Position numbers and translations under genes: made by a program. From the sequence record NC_015251.1: a DNA stretch of 64,000 nt. One strand, written 5' to 3'. Shown one piece after another: positions 28,807-38,400 of the stretch (positions within the stretch are counted from its first letter, which is position 1; each line of letters starts with the position of its first letter). The notes beneath the pieces were generated by a model that saw nothing but the letters and a program-made list of their open reading frames with translations, searched no databases and had not been told where the DNA came from.

Positions 28807-30644
28807 AGATGTTTTACTCTACGAATCGACTCATTATGTTTACCGTCATTAAATGGTCTTACATCCAATGCTCCGATATACCCACATACTCTACGCCTTA
28901 CGTGTAGCTTTTTCTGATCGCGATTTCCACAAGAAGGACACTCATAACCTTTACTTGTAGGGACGGTTTCCCCATTATAGCCACATACTAAGCATTTATC
29001 AACTGGGATATTTGAACCATAGTACGGGGTTGTTTTGTAAGCATAATCCCACACATCTTCAAGGGCTTTAAGATTATTCTTTACATCTGGGAATTCCCCG
29101 TAAGAAATAAATCCACCCGTACTATATTTTATAAACTGTCTTTCAAAATCGATCTTCTCGTATGGGTCACAATTATACTCTACATCTAGATGGAAACTAT
29201 TCTGATAATAACCCTTTTCATGTACGGAATTATTATATAGTTTACTATCTATATTACAGAACCTCTCACACAGGGATTCAGAAGGAGTTGCATAGAGAGA
29301 GAATGAAAATCCGGTGTCTTCTGTCCACACATCAACAATCGATTTCATCTTTCTTAATACCGCAAGAGCAAATTCTTGTTTTTCTGTATTTTCGAATATG
29401 TGAGATTCATCATTAAATTTTATAATCTGACATACTTCATGTAATCCAATATATCCACAAGAAACACTAGCTCGACCATTCTCAAACAATTGCATAATCT
29501 CATCATCTGCGTTTAAACGTGCCATAGCGCCATGCATGTATAGGATAGGTGCAACTGATGCCTTTATTCCTCGGAACCGCTCTATGCGCTGCATAAGTCC
29601 ATTCCTGACGATCTCCATTCGTTCTGTTAGCAAAGCCATAAATTTCTGCTTATCACCACCACAATCTAGTGCAATTCTAGGAAGATTCAGAGTAATCACA
29701 CCCAAGTTTTGACGACCATCGTGGATCTCTTCACCATGTTCATTTTCCCATCGACCCAAGAATGAACGACAACCCATGGGGGATTTATAAGAACCTGTGA
29801 CCTTTACCACTTGATCGTAACTCATAATATCCGGATATATACGCTTAGACGAACACTCAAGAGCAAGTTGTTTTATATCGTAATGAGGATCCCAAGGATT
29901 CAGATTAAGACCGTCTTTAAGAGTGAATACAAGTTTAGGAAATACAGCAGTTTCTTTATCTTCACCAAGTCCATCAATACGGACTCTCAAGATCATTTCC
30001 TGAACTAGTTTAGCCTCTGGACTAGAACCAATACCAAACGTAACGGTTGTGAATGGAGTCTGACCTTGACCGGTAGTTAATGAGTTCAATTGATACTCAA
30101 GCGTTTGGATAGAATCATAAACCATTTTACGGATTTTAATATTCGCATACGATTCAACGTCCGGAATTTTAAAATACCTAGCTTCTGAAACTAATTTGTC
30201 ATAACTCATCTTAACATATGGAGCCAGAACAACATCAAGATCGCCTACAGTGGTTCCACCATACTGATGATTTGATACATTGATAAGAATTTGGGAAATA
30301 ATATTAGATGCAGTTTGTACGTTTGTTGGTTGTGTAATATGAGCTGATGACATGACAAACCCATTTTTTAACATATCAGAGACATTAACCAAACAGCAAT
30401 TGGTCATAGGTAGCAGGGGACTATATCCAAGATCATGAAAATGGATAATACCTGAATAGTGGGCTGAAAGAATATCTTCGGAAATAAATTTACCGGCAAA
30501 CTCTTTAGATATAGCAGACGCGAGCATATCACGCTTTGTAGGAATTACTTTAGAATCTTTATTGGCATTTTCTTTAGATAGGGAATCGTTTTTATCATCT
30601 ACGATATCACAAACTTCATTATAAAGATGTGTATTACTTACCAT
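28803..30644 (-). CDS. nrdD: class III anaerobic ribonucleotide reductase
   Basis: KENANKD, MTNCCL, MGCRSFL, Zn sites CLVC/CPSC, glycyl loop RRVCGY; no intron. Confidence 0.97.
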   Translation of the reverse strand: MVSNTHLYNEVCDIVDDKNDSLSKENANKDSKVIPTKRDMLASAISKEFAGKFISEDILSAHYSGIIHFHDLGYSPLLPMTNCCLVNVSDMLKNGFVMSSAHITQPTNVQTASNIISQILINVSNHQYGGTTVGDLDVVLAPYVKMSYDKLVSEARYFKIPDVESYANIKIRKMVYDSIQTLEYQLNSLTTGQGQTPFTTVTFGIGSSPEAKLVQEMILRVRIDGLGEDKETAVFPKLVFTLKDGLNLNPWDPHYDIKQLALECSSKRIYPDIMSYDQVVKVTGSYKSPMGCRSFLGRWENEHGEEIHDGRQNLGVITLNLPRIALDCGGDKQKFMALLTERMEIVRNGLMQRIERFRGIKASVAPILYMHGAMARLNADDEIMQLFENGRASVSCGYIGLHEVCQIIKFNDESHIFENTEKQEFALAVLRKMKSIVDVWTEDTGFSFSLYATPSESLCERFCNIDSKLYNNSVHEKGYYQNSFHLDVEYNCDPYEKIDFERQFIKYSTGGFISYGEFPDVKNNLKALEDVWDYAYKTTPYYGSNIPVDKCLVCGYNGETVPTSKGYECPSCGNRDQKKLHVRRRVCGYIGALDVRPFNDGKHNESIRRVKHL

Positions 30645-30663
30645 TTCAACTTCTCCAAATAAA

Positions 30664-30685
30664 TAAAGGAACCCGTAGGTTCCTT
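30664..30685 (-). terminator. intrinsic terminator after nrdB (cUACGg loop)
   Basis: Minus strand AAGGAACC-TACG-GGTTCCTTT. Confidence 0.75.
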
Positions 30686-30695
30686 CATGATAAAA

Positions 30696-31826
30696 TTAAA
30701 TATCCAATTTACTAAGGATTTCGGTTGTTAGATCCGCTTCAATAGCACCAGTAAGGTAGGAATCAACCTCAACCTCTTGGGGTGCAACCTGAACAGAATC
30801 AGAATTCAACCACTTAGTTACCCATGGAAGCGGGTTTTTGCGCTTGGCGTAAGAACTGGGAAGACCTGCGGATCTCATACGGTTATCTGCCAGATATTCG
30901 ATGTAGTTGCATAGAACATCTCGATTAAGACCGTTGAGTGACTTATCACCCATTAGGTATTCTGCCCATTCTTTTTCTTGAGCAACAACTTCTTCAAAAA
31001 TACTTACGGCTTTACCTTCAAGACGCTTGGCGATTTCTACCATTTCCGGATCGTCTTTTCCAGTTTGCCACCGACTAATTATAGTCTGAGTTGCTTTAAG
31101 ATGCAAGTTTTCATCCCGAGCAATGAACTTCATTATTTTTGCACTACCTTCCATAGTTCCAGAAAATTCTGGGAAAGAGAAGTTGCAAATAAAACTAACA
31201 TAGAAACGAATAGCTTCCAGAGCATTTATTGTATGTACACACAGATAAAGAGACTCTTTAAGTTTAGTTAATTGGGAATTTAGAACAGATTCATCAAGAT
31301 TCAAAAATTTCATCGCTGAAAGTTTGTCAGATTCTAGAAGAACTGCATCGTAATATTTAGTGATCGCCTCCGCCCGTTTCATAATTTCGGGAGTTAGCAT
31401 AACCTGATCAAAAACTTCTGTAGGGTTTGGATATACAGCCCGTACCATATGTGTATATGAATCAGAGTGAATAGTACCTTCAACCATAGTCCATGCAGTA
31501 ATGAAGTTTTCTAGGGTTACATCACTAACATGGGGCAGCAAAACCAAATTAGGTCCCCGACCTTGGATTGAATCAAGAAGAGATTGAACAAACAGGTTTT
31601 GAGTATATACATGTTTTGCATGATCACTCAATTGATGAAATTGAATTGAATCCTTACTCATATCAATTTCAGTTGGACGCCAAAAGAATGACAATTGACG
31701 ATCCATCAGATCATAGAAAACCCGAGTTTTCATTGTATCAAATCGTTGTACGTTTGGTTCTTCACCAAAGAACATGTGTTGGTTTGTATGATCAACTATA
31801 TTGGTATTAAAAACGGTAGAACTCAT
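30696..31826 (-). CDS. nrdB: class Ia RNR small subunit
   Basis: FFWRPTE, LLDSIQ, EGTIHSDSY, EAIRFY, RDENLH, APQEVE; no intron. Confidence 0.97.
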   Translation of the reverse strand: MSSTVFNTNIVDHTNQHMFFGEEPNVQRFDTMKTRVFYDLMDRQLSFFWRPTEIDMSKDSIQFHQLSDHAKHVYTQNLFVQSLLDSIQGRGPNLVLLPHVSDVTLENFITAWTMVEGTIHSDSYTHMVRAVYPNPTEVFDQVMLTPEIMKRAEAITKYYDAVLLESDKLSAMKFLNLDESVLNSQLTKLKESLYLCVHTINALEAIRFYVSFICNFSFPEFSGTMEGSAKIMKFIARDENLHLKATQTIISRWQTGKDDPEMVEIAKRLEGKAVSIFEEVVAQEKEWAEYLMGDKSLNGLNRDVLCNYIEYLADNRMRSAGLPSSYAKRKNPLPWVTKWLNSDSVQVAPQEVEVDSYLTGAIEADLTTEILSKLDI

Positions 31827-31880
31827 TTGGTATAGATTCCTTTAATGCATGAGAATGGGGGATTTTACTCCCCCGTTTAT

Positions 31881-34136
31881 TTATACAGAACAGCCTGCGC
31901 AATCTGCTTCTTTAACCATTTCGATATCAGACTCATTACCATCCCGGGTATTGTGATAATACATCGCCTTCAATCCATATTTCTGAGCAAATACAAGGTC
32001 CTTTAGCATTACACTAACCGGAACTTTGCCAGATTTATAACTTTGAGGAATGTAGCTAGTGTTTACACTGATTCCTTGATCAAAGAATTTCTGAATTACT
32101 GCACATATTGAAAGATAACCAGTCATTCCGTTTTCACGTACCATAGCCCAAAGAGTTTGATATTCATCACTTAGGATATCAACATCAGGAACTAGCTGGT
32201 TAAACGCACCATCTTTTGACGCTTTGGTTGACAGTAGAGCACGAACCGGCTCAACGCCATTAGTTGCATTCAGAAGCTGTGAGCTGCTTTCTGACGGCAT
32301 CTGAGCGGTCAGGGTATCATTACGAAGACCATACTTAAGAATCTCGGTACGAAGCCATTCCCAGTCCTGTTTAAGAACGTTAGGGGTCAACAGATCCACA
32401 TTCTTATTATACCAATCGATAGGCAACAGACCTTTAGACCATTTGGTACGATCATGCCACTCACTCGCACCACGTTCTTTAGCTAGTTCCATAGACGCTC
32501 TAATGTGGGAGAATTGGATAGCTTCAAAATGTTCGTGTACTAGGGCCAACGCTTCCGGACTATTATAATTGACGAAGTTTTTAGCCAAGAAATAAGCTAG
32601 GTTAACAACACCAATACCAAGAGAGCGGCGTTTCTTTGCTTTCTCTGCGGCTTTAACAGGATAATCCTGATAATCCAACAGGTTATCTAGTGCCCGTACA
32701 ATAATACGACTAAGGCGAATATAATCAGAAGTGGTTTTAATCTTACCCAAGTTTATTGCACTCAGAGTACACAGTGCGATTTCTTCATCCTTATCAGCCA
32801 TCGGATTATGTCGGGAAGATTTAATCTCAACACAAAGATTCGTCATTTTAATTGGTTCGATATATGGAGTTTGCTTATTTACGTTATCAACAAACATTGC
32901 ATAAATTCGACCAGTCCCAGCCCGTTCGGTCAACATAGTGGTAAACAAATCGGCGGCTTTAATTCGCTTCTTACGGATAACATGATTCATTTCAAGCTTT
33001 TTATAACGCTCTATAAACTTGGAACTATCCGAATCATAAAAATCTTTATAAAGAAGACCATTATCTATATCCGGACTAAACAGTGTGATATAACCATCTT
33101 CTTTAAGTCTTTCAATAAAGAACTTGTTAATATGTACTGTATAATCAATATTACGAATACGGGTTTCTTCAGTACCTTTATTATTTTTCAATACCAGAAG
33201 CTTTTCAACTTCCAAATGCCACATAGGATAGTTAATATTACCACTACCACCACGAACACCACCTTGGCTACAGCTCTTAACACCGGTAGTAAAATGTTTC
33301 CAGAATGGAATGACCCCAGTGTGGGAAACTTCCCCCGAGCGGATACGAGATCCTTCAGCACGAATAGCACCACCATTAATACCAATACCGGCACGGCGGG
33401 AAATATATTTCATTATCGCTTTTGATGTTTCTCCGATAGATTCAAGAGAGTCACCGGATTCAATTTTAACGCATGAGCTAAATTGACGAGTTGGAGTTCT
33501 TACACCAGAAAGAATTGGTGTCGGTAGAGAAATTTCAAAATTACTAGCGGCATTATAAAAATCGATAACATATTCCAAACGTTTGGAAACGTCTTCTTCT
33601 TGATGAAGACACATAGCTTGTAACATATATGCAAACTGTGGAGTTTCATAAATTGTACCGTTAGAACGGTCTTTTACAAGATATTTTTCTTTATACTGCA
33701 TAGCACCAGCATAAGTGAAATTCATATCTCGGGTGTGATCGATAATACCTTGTAGAATTTCATATTCTTTTTCAGAATATTTATATATCAGATCTCGATC
33801 ATAATGACCACTAGCAACCAAACCTTTAACATGATCATAAATATGTGGGGGGTCGAACTGATTGTATACTTTCTTACGCAAAGCGTACATAGTCAAACGA
33901 CCAGCAACATATTGATAATCCGGCTCATCTACCGATATAAGGTCAACAGCGGCTTTGATAACCAATTTCTGGATATCCTTAGTGCTCATACCTTCCATAA
34001 TAGCGGGTTTTGCTGCTTCAAGAATTGTGTGTGGATCTGCCTCTAACCCTTGACAGGCAAAGTCAACAACTTTGAAAATTTTATCGAATGAAAATTCTTC
34101 GGTTATACCGGACGACTTCAAAACGGTGTTAATCAT
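31881..34136 (-). CDS. nrdA: class Ia RNR large subunit
   Basis: N-terminal ATP cone, TPTRQFSSC, SQGGVRGG, NLCVE, CTLSA, PSESSS, C-terminal CAGC. Confidence 0.97.
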   Translation of the reverse strand: MINTVLKSSGITEEFSFDKIFKVVDFACQGLEADPHTILEAAKPAIMEGMSTKDIQKLVIKAAVDLISVDEPDYQYVAGRLTMYALRKKVYNQFDPPHIYDHVKGLVASGHYDRDLIYKYSEKEYEILQGIIDHTRDMNFTYAGAMQYKEKYLVKDRSNGTIYETPQFAYMLQAMCLHQEEDVSKRLEYVIDFYNAASNFEISLPTPILSGVRTPTRQFSSCVKIESGDSLESIGETSKAIMKYISRRAGIGINGGAIRAEGSRIRSGEVSHTGVIPFWKHFTTGVKSCSQGGVRGGSGNINYPMWHLEVEKLLVLKNNKGTEETRIRNIDYTVHINKFFIERLKEDGYITLFSPDIDNGLLYKDFYDSDSSKFIERYKKLEMNHVIRKKRIKAADLFTTMLTERAGTGRIYAMFVDNVNKQTPYIEPIKMTNLCVEIKSSRHNPMADKDEEIALCTLSAINLGKIKTTSDYIRLSRIIVRALDNLLDYQDYPVKAAEKAKKRRSLGIGVVNLAYFLAKNFVNYNSPEALALVHEHFEAIQFSHIRASMELAKERGASEWHDRTKWSKGLLPIDWYNKNVDLLTPNVLKQDWEWLRTEILKYGLRNDTLTAQMPSESSSQLLNATNGVEPVRALLSTKASKDGAFNQLVPDVDILSDEYQTLWAMVRENGMTGYLSICAVIQKFFDQGISVNTSYIPQSYKSGKVPVSVMLKDLVFAQKYGLKAMYYHNTRDGNESDIEMVKEADCAGCSV

Positions 34137-34168
34137 TACTTATTATTTCCTTTATTTTCCTTTCGTTC

Positions 34169-34209
34169 ATTATAACACAGAACCTAAATACCTATATACA
34201 TTATAAATA
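34169..34209. promoter_or_regulatory. divergent promoters: extended -10 for nrdA (minus); late boxes CCTAAATA (34183-34190) and TATAAATA (34202-34209) on plus
   Basis: Motifs read directly in the 87-bp intergenic gap. Confidence 0.6.
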
Positions 34210-34223
34210 TTGAGGATATTAAA

Positions 34224-35120
34224 ATGATCAATTATGGACACTGGGTAACAGATTGTAAATTTGACCCAAGAGAAGTTTTGGGATTTGTTTACATGATCAC
34301 ATTTAGCAACGGTAAAAAATACATCGGAGCTAAACGAGTATGGAAAAACTTAAAGAGGCCCCCAGCCACATACAAACGACAAGGTAAAACCGAATTCATA
34401 GAATCCGATTGGAGATCTTATCGTAGTAGCAGTAACGAGGTTGTCGAACTTGAAACCCAAGGCATTCAGATTACAGAAATGCGGATTCTGGCACAATACG
34501 ACACATGGGGAAAAGTCCTTCTCTTGGAATGTATGCTTCAATTCTCTTTAAACGCATTGACCTCTGATGTATACCTTAACAAGCAGATTGAAGGTATGTT
34601 TACGGCTTCATGCTTTGATAAAGCGGTATATGACGATGTAGCACGATTAGTTGCTATCGAGCAATACGATGAATCGGTCGCACAGGTGATCGTTTACAGA
34701 GGTGGAGATAGAAGCGTTATATGCGACAAACCCACCGCTAAGGAATATATCAGAGCGGGATGGTCGGTTGCATCTCTACCTAACACGTATCAAAGAGAAA
34801 GTCATCCTATGACACCTTACACAATCAAGTGTAAGGAATCTGGAAAAGAGTATACCATTACAGATTTCAAAAAACAATATGAAATTGCAAATGAAATTGA
34901 ATGTCCTGCTGGGGATTTGAGTCGTCTTCGTTCTGGTGAGATTTTGAACATCGGAACCTATACCATGAAAGATCAACGAGAACCCCAGAAGTGGGTTAAA
35001 GATGGTGTATGTTACTATAATGCAGCCGAAATGAAAGCCGCAAAGGTTGATAAATCTGAATGCGAACACTTCCCAGCCGAAGACAGGGAAGCATATCGGA
35101 TCCGGTTATCCCTTCTATGA
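34224..35120 (+). CDS. free-standing GIY-YIG (Seg-like) putative homing endonuclease
   Basis: GFVY...KKYIG, ESDWRSY, LLLEC catalytic region; C-terminal putative DNA-binding extension; opposite strand to both neighbours with its own late promoter. Confidence 0.75.
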   Translation: MINYGHWVTDCKFDPREVLGFVYMITFSNGKKYIGAKRVWKNLKRPPATYKRQGKTEFIESDWRSYRSSSNEVVELETQGIQITEMRILAQYDTWGKVLLLECMLQFSLNALTSDVYLNKQIEGMFTASCFDKAVYDDVARLVAIEQYDESVAQVIVYRGGDRSVICDKPTAKEYIRAGWSVASLPNTYQRESHPMTPYTIKCKESGKEYTITDFKKQYEIANEIECPAGDLSRLRSGEILNIGTYTMKDQREPQKWVKDGVCYYNAAEMKAAKVDKSECEHFPAEDREAYRIRLSLL

Positions 35121-35299
35121 TAGAAGGAAATACGCAGCAAAAACCCACTCAAACCAAACGGTAATAAGTTGTGGGTGTACCTTCATAAAGAAGGGTACTA
35201 GAGGTATAGTGATTTTAAATTGTTTTTGCATTTTAATTTACCTTGTATATGATTTAAAATGATCATACACCAACTCACGGAAGATGTAAACTAAAATCT

Positions 35300-35408
35300 T
35301 TCGAACGTAGTGAGACGGCGCAGCCGGTTCGTTTCACTCACATTTCTAATTATAAAGTTTCTATTAATATATTATAGAACTCTATAATTTGATTGCACTT
35401 GAAACTAT
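35300..35408 (-). repeat. copy 1 of a ~110-bp dispersed intergenic element
   Basis: Reverse complement aligns with 59265-59377; 39-nt identical core AGTTCTATAATATATTAATAGAAACTTTATAATTAGAAA. Confidence 0.9.
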
Positions 35409-35420
35409 CCTACAGACACA

Positions 35421-35455
35421 AAGAGCCTATCCCGAAATGGATAGGCTCTTTTATT
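35421..35455. terminator. intrinsic terminator after gene 35
   Basis: AAGAGCCTATCC-CGAAAT-GGATAGGCTCTT. Confidence 0.85.
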
Positions 35456-35456
35456 T

Positions 35457-38400
35457 TTAGTAGATTGCAGGTTTCCATATAGGAGACGTTATATTTAGAC
35501 CAACACCAATCGGTCTGAATGATATCACCTTATAACTGGTAGGTTTCATCCAATCTTCAAGCTCTTGAGATTTTTGAACAACATAATTTCCGTTACCTTT
35601 TGAAGCAAATACCTTCAATGGAACTTTACCCATAAAAACTACCTCAATTTCAGTAAATGGAGTAACGTTACCTTCAAACTCTATAATAACTCCGTTTGAA
35701 GGAAGTCCCTCTACTATCTTAGTTAATTTATAATTATGGATATAAAAGTCGTCTTTTAATCTTCCGTTACTTGCTACATCACCATAAGAACCATCCCATC
35801 CAATTATACCAGACGGTAATGTGGTTGTTCTGATCTTCTTATTATAAACTAGTGTGTTCTGTATTGTAGCGTCTATTGGTTGTACAAATCCAGTTTTAAC
35901 TAATTCATATCTTCTGGAATCATCTCTGGTAAGTGATGTTTCTGTTAATTCTACGGTATCTAATTGTCCCGTGAAGTTAACACCACATCGATCCGATAAG
36001 CTCCCATAAATGTGAGTGTAGTTTGTACTCGTTCTTGCTTTATTAGCTGTAATTATTACGTTTGGATATACATAATCTACAACAATATCAAATGGAGATC
36101 CTAATGCAATTCCGTGAGTCAAATTAAGATTAACCCTTTGGGTGTTTGCATTCCTAATGTTAAAGTTTAATGTAGTATTAGTCACTGTTAATTTAATAGC
36201 ATTCGCAACATCCGAGCAATTTAATAATTCCCCAGCAGAAAAGCTTTTTCCAGTAAATCTAATTCTGTATGCTTTCTCATTAGGGATCCAACTAGGAAGA
36301 ATATCCATATATTTTCCTGATATATTCGGAACCCATGCGCTCATGTTATTACCTATCATTTGCGGTTCGTAAAACTCATCAAAGAAGTAACTTTCGGATT
36401 GAACATTACTACCTATTCCATCTGTATTGGTTACATATACAACCATACTTCTCAGAATTACAGTATCCCCAATTCGCGCATTCGGAACACAAATATAAAC
36501 TCCAGAATCATAGTTGGTCGCGGTATGATCTGATATCAATATACCTTTATATCTTCCGGCTCCCAATGATTTCATAGTATCGCCAACACCAACAGACGTA
36601 CCATAAACATCTTTCAACAATACAGGCTTTGTAGATTCTATATCATATTCTATTCTAAATTTTCCCCGAGAAGGTAAATTTAAATGGTATGACATTCCAC
36701 CCTCAGAAACATCCTTAGTAAATCTGAAACTATTATTACTTAGAATGGTTATTGGATTATTTATAGAATCGCTCATTTTCCATTTACGGACGTCTACAAA
36801 ACTATATACTTTGCTTGACTGACCATTTAAGTCAACCATACCAGTTGAGTAAGAGTTTAATCTAGATTCATATATGTTCTTATATTGTCTTAGGTCTTTA
36901 TCCGCAGATATTGAAATATCCCATATTTTACCTCTCAGTATATTAACACCGTTATATCTTGCACCGATTCTTCTAACTACGGAATTTAGGTCCATTTCAA
37001 TAACTAAGCTATATGGAATACCGTTTTCTATTACAACCACGTCACCAGATGCCGAAGTTGGAGACTTTCCATTAATAGACACGATTTTATAGTTTGCCGA
37101 AGTGTTTATAGTGTTATTGGATTTTATATATACCCACCCACCTTGCAACTCTTGGGTATTACTGCTTCTACCCTCGATTATATACCCAGTAGTTGATTGA
37201 TATTGAATAAACTTTAAAGTTATATATCCTTTATTATTGATAGAATATACCGGGGGAATATCAACCCAAGAACTTCCATCAAAATTAAAAGAAAAGTTTC
37301 TATTCTTAACCCAGTCAATATTACTTGGTTTTGTTCCGTGCAATACCGGATCAGTTATACAGTCAACATCAAATTCTAGCTGGGCCATGCTTCCCGCAGT
37401 TATCCAATTATCAGCACCAGCTTTAAATGCGGTTAGATGCCAAGTATTTAAAAATCCTGCGTTTGTATTTTTAAATGCAGTAACTTCGTATCTATGATTC
37501 ATTTTTACGTTGGGATGTAAAGTTGCACCATTGTTTTTAACTATAGTGACAAACGCCTTAGCACCTTCTTTCATTCCAGCGGGTATTAAATTCGAACCAG
37601 TACCACAATATAGCCACCCAGAACCACCATTAGGAACTATGTTACTTCCAGAATAACTCATATTCCCACCGGGGCTAGTTCCCTTAACGAAATCAAGTTT
37701 TTCAGATGAACTATAATTGTAATATCTTGAGTTATTCGGATCACTCATATCTTGGTAATCTGAGGATATTACATATCCGTCCATTTCATTACCAACCAAT
37801 ATTGATTCTAATGTCCTAATTCTGGTTGCTGTAATTGTTGTAGTTCCTACTAAAACGTCATCAACATAAAAATCAACGTTAGTGTTATCAACAACCATTT
37901 TATATAGGTATTCTTTATTACAAGAAACATTTGCCTCTTTGAATATAGTTATACCATTAAAAATCAATAGGTGACCCATACCGTTCGTATATTTCTCAGA
38001 CGTACTGCCAATGAAAAATGTATCATCGGTGCCTGAACCATTACGAATTCCAGAAACATCTGTATTTGAATATACAACAGAAGTTAAATATGTAAATTTC
38101 AGACCCAATATAAGAGTTGGTAGAGTTATATATTTTCCAGACCCATAAGTGAAATGAGGAAAACTAACCGGTTCCCAATTACCATATTCAAAAGAAGTTA
38201 CGTTTTTCTCTAAAAAACTTCCAACTATATTACCGGATGTTTCTTTAGCGTCTTCTGTAATAAATCCCCATCGACCAAAGGATCCTTTCCCCGGCTTTGA
38301 TATATTTGGTTTTTTCCTATAAACAGAAATACATCTAGTACCAAATGTTCCTTGATATGAAGATTTTATAGGCCATGCGGTTGCGTATATTCTCATATTA

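Noticed and set aside
28803-31826. Group I introns in nrdB or nrdD as in T4
   Set aside because: Both ORFs are continuous and of normal length.
32795-32835. Odd NrdA segment CVEIKSSRHNP next to the catalytic cysteine
   Set aside because: Three compensating single-base insertions would restore a typical EIxLPT; treated as likely sequencing noise.
35047-35262. 71-aa ORF overlapping the end of the GIY-YIG gene
   Set aside because: No RBS; at most an alternative C-terminus if the endonuclease has a frameshift.
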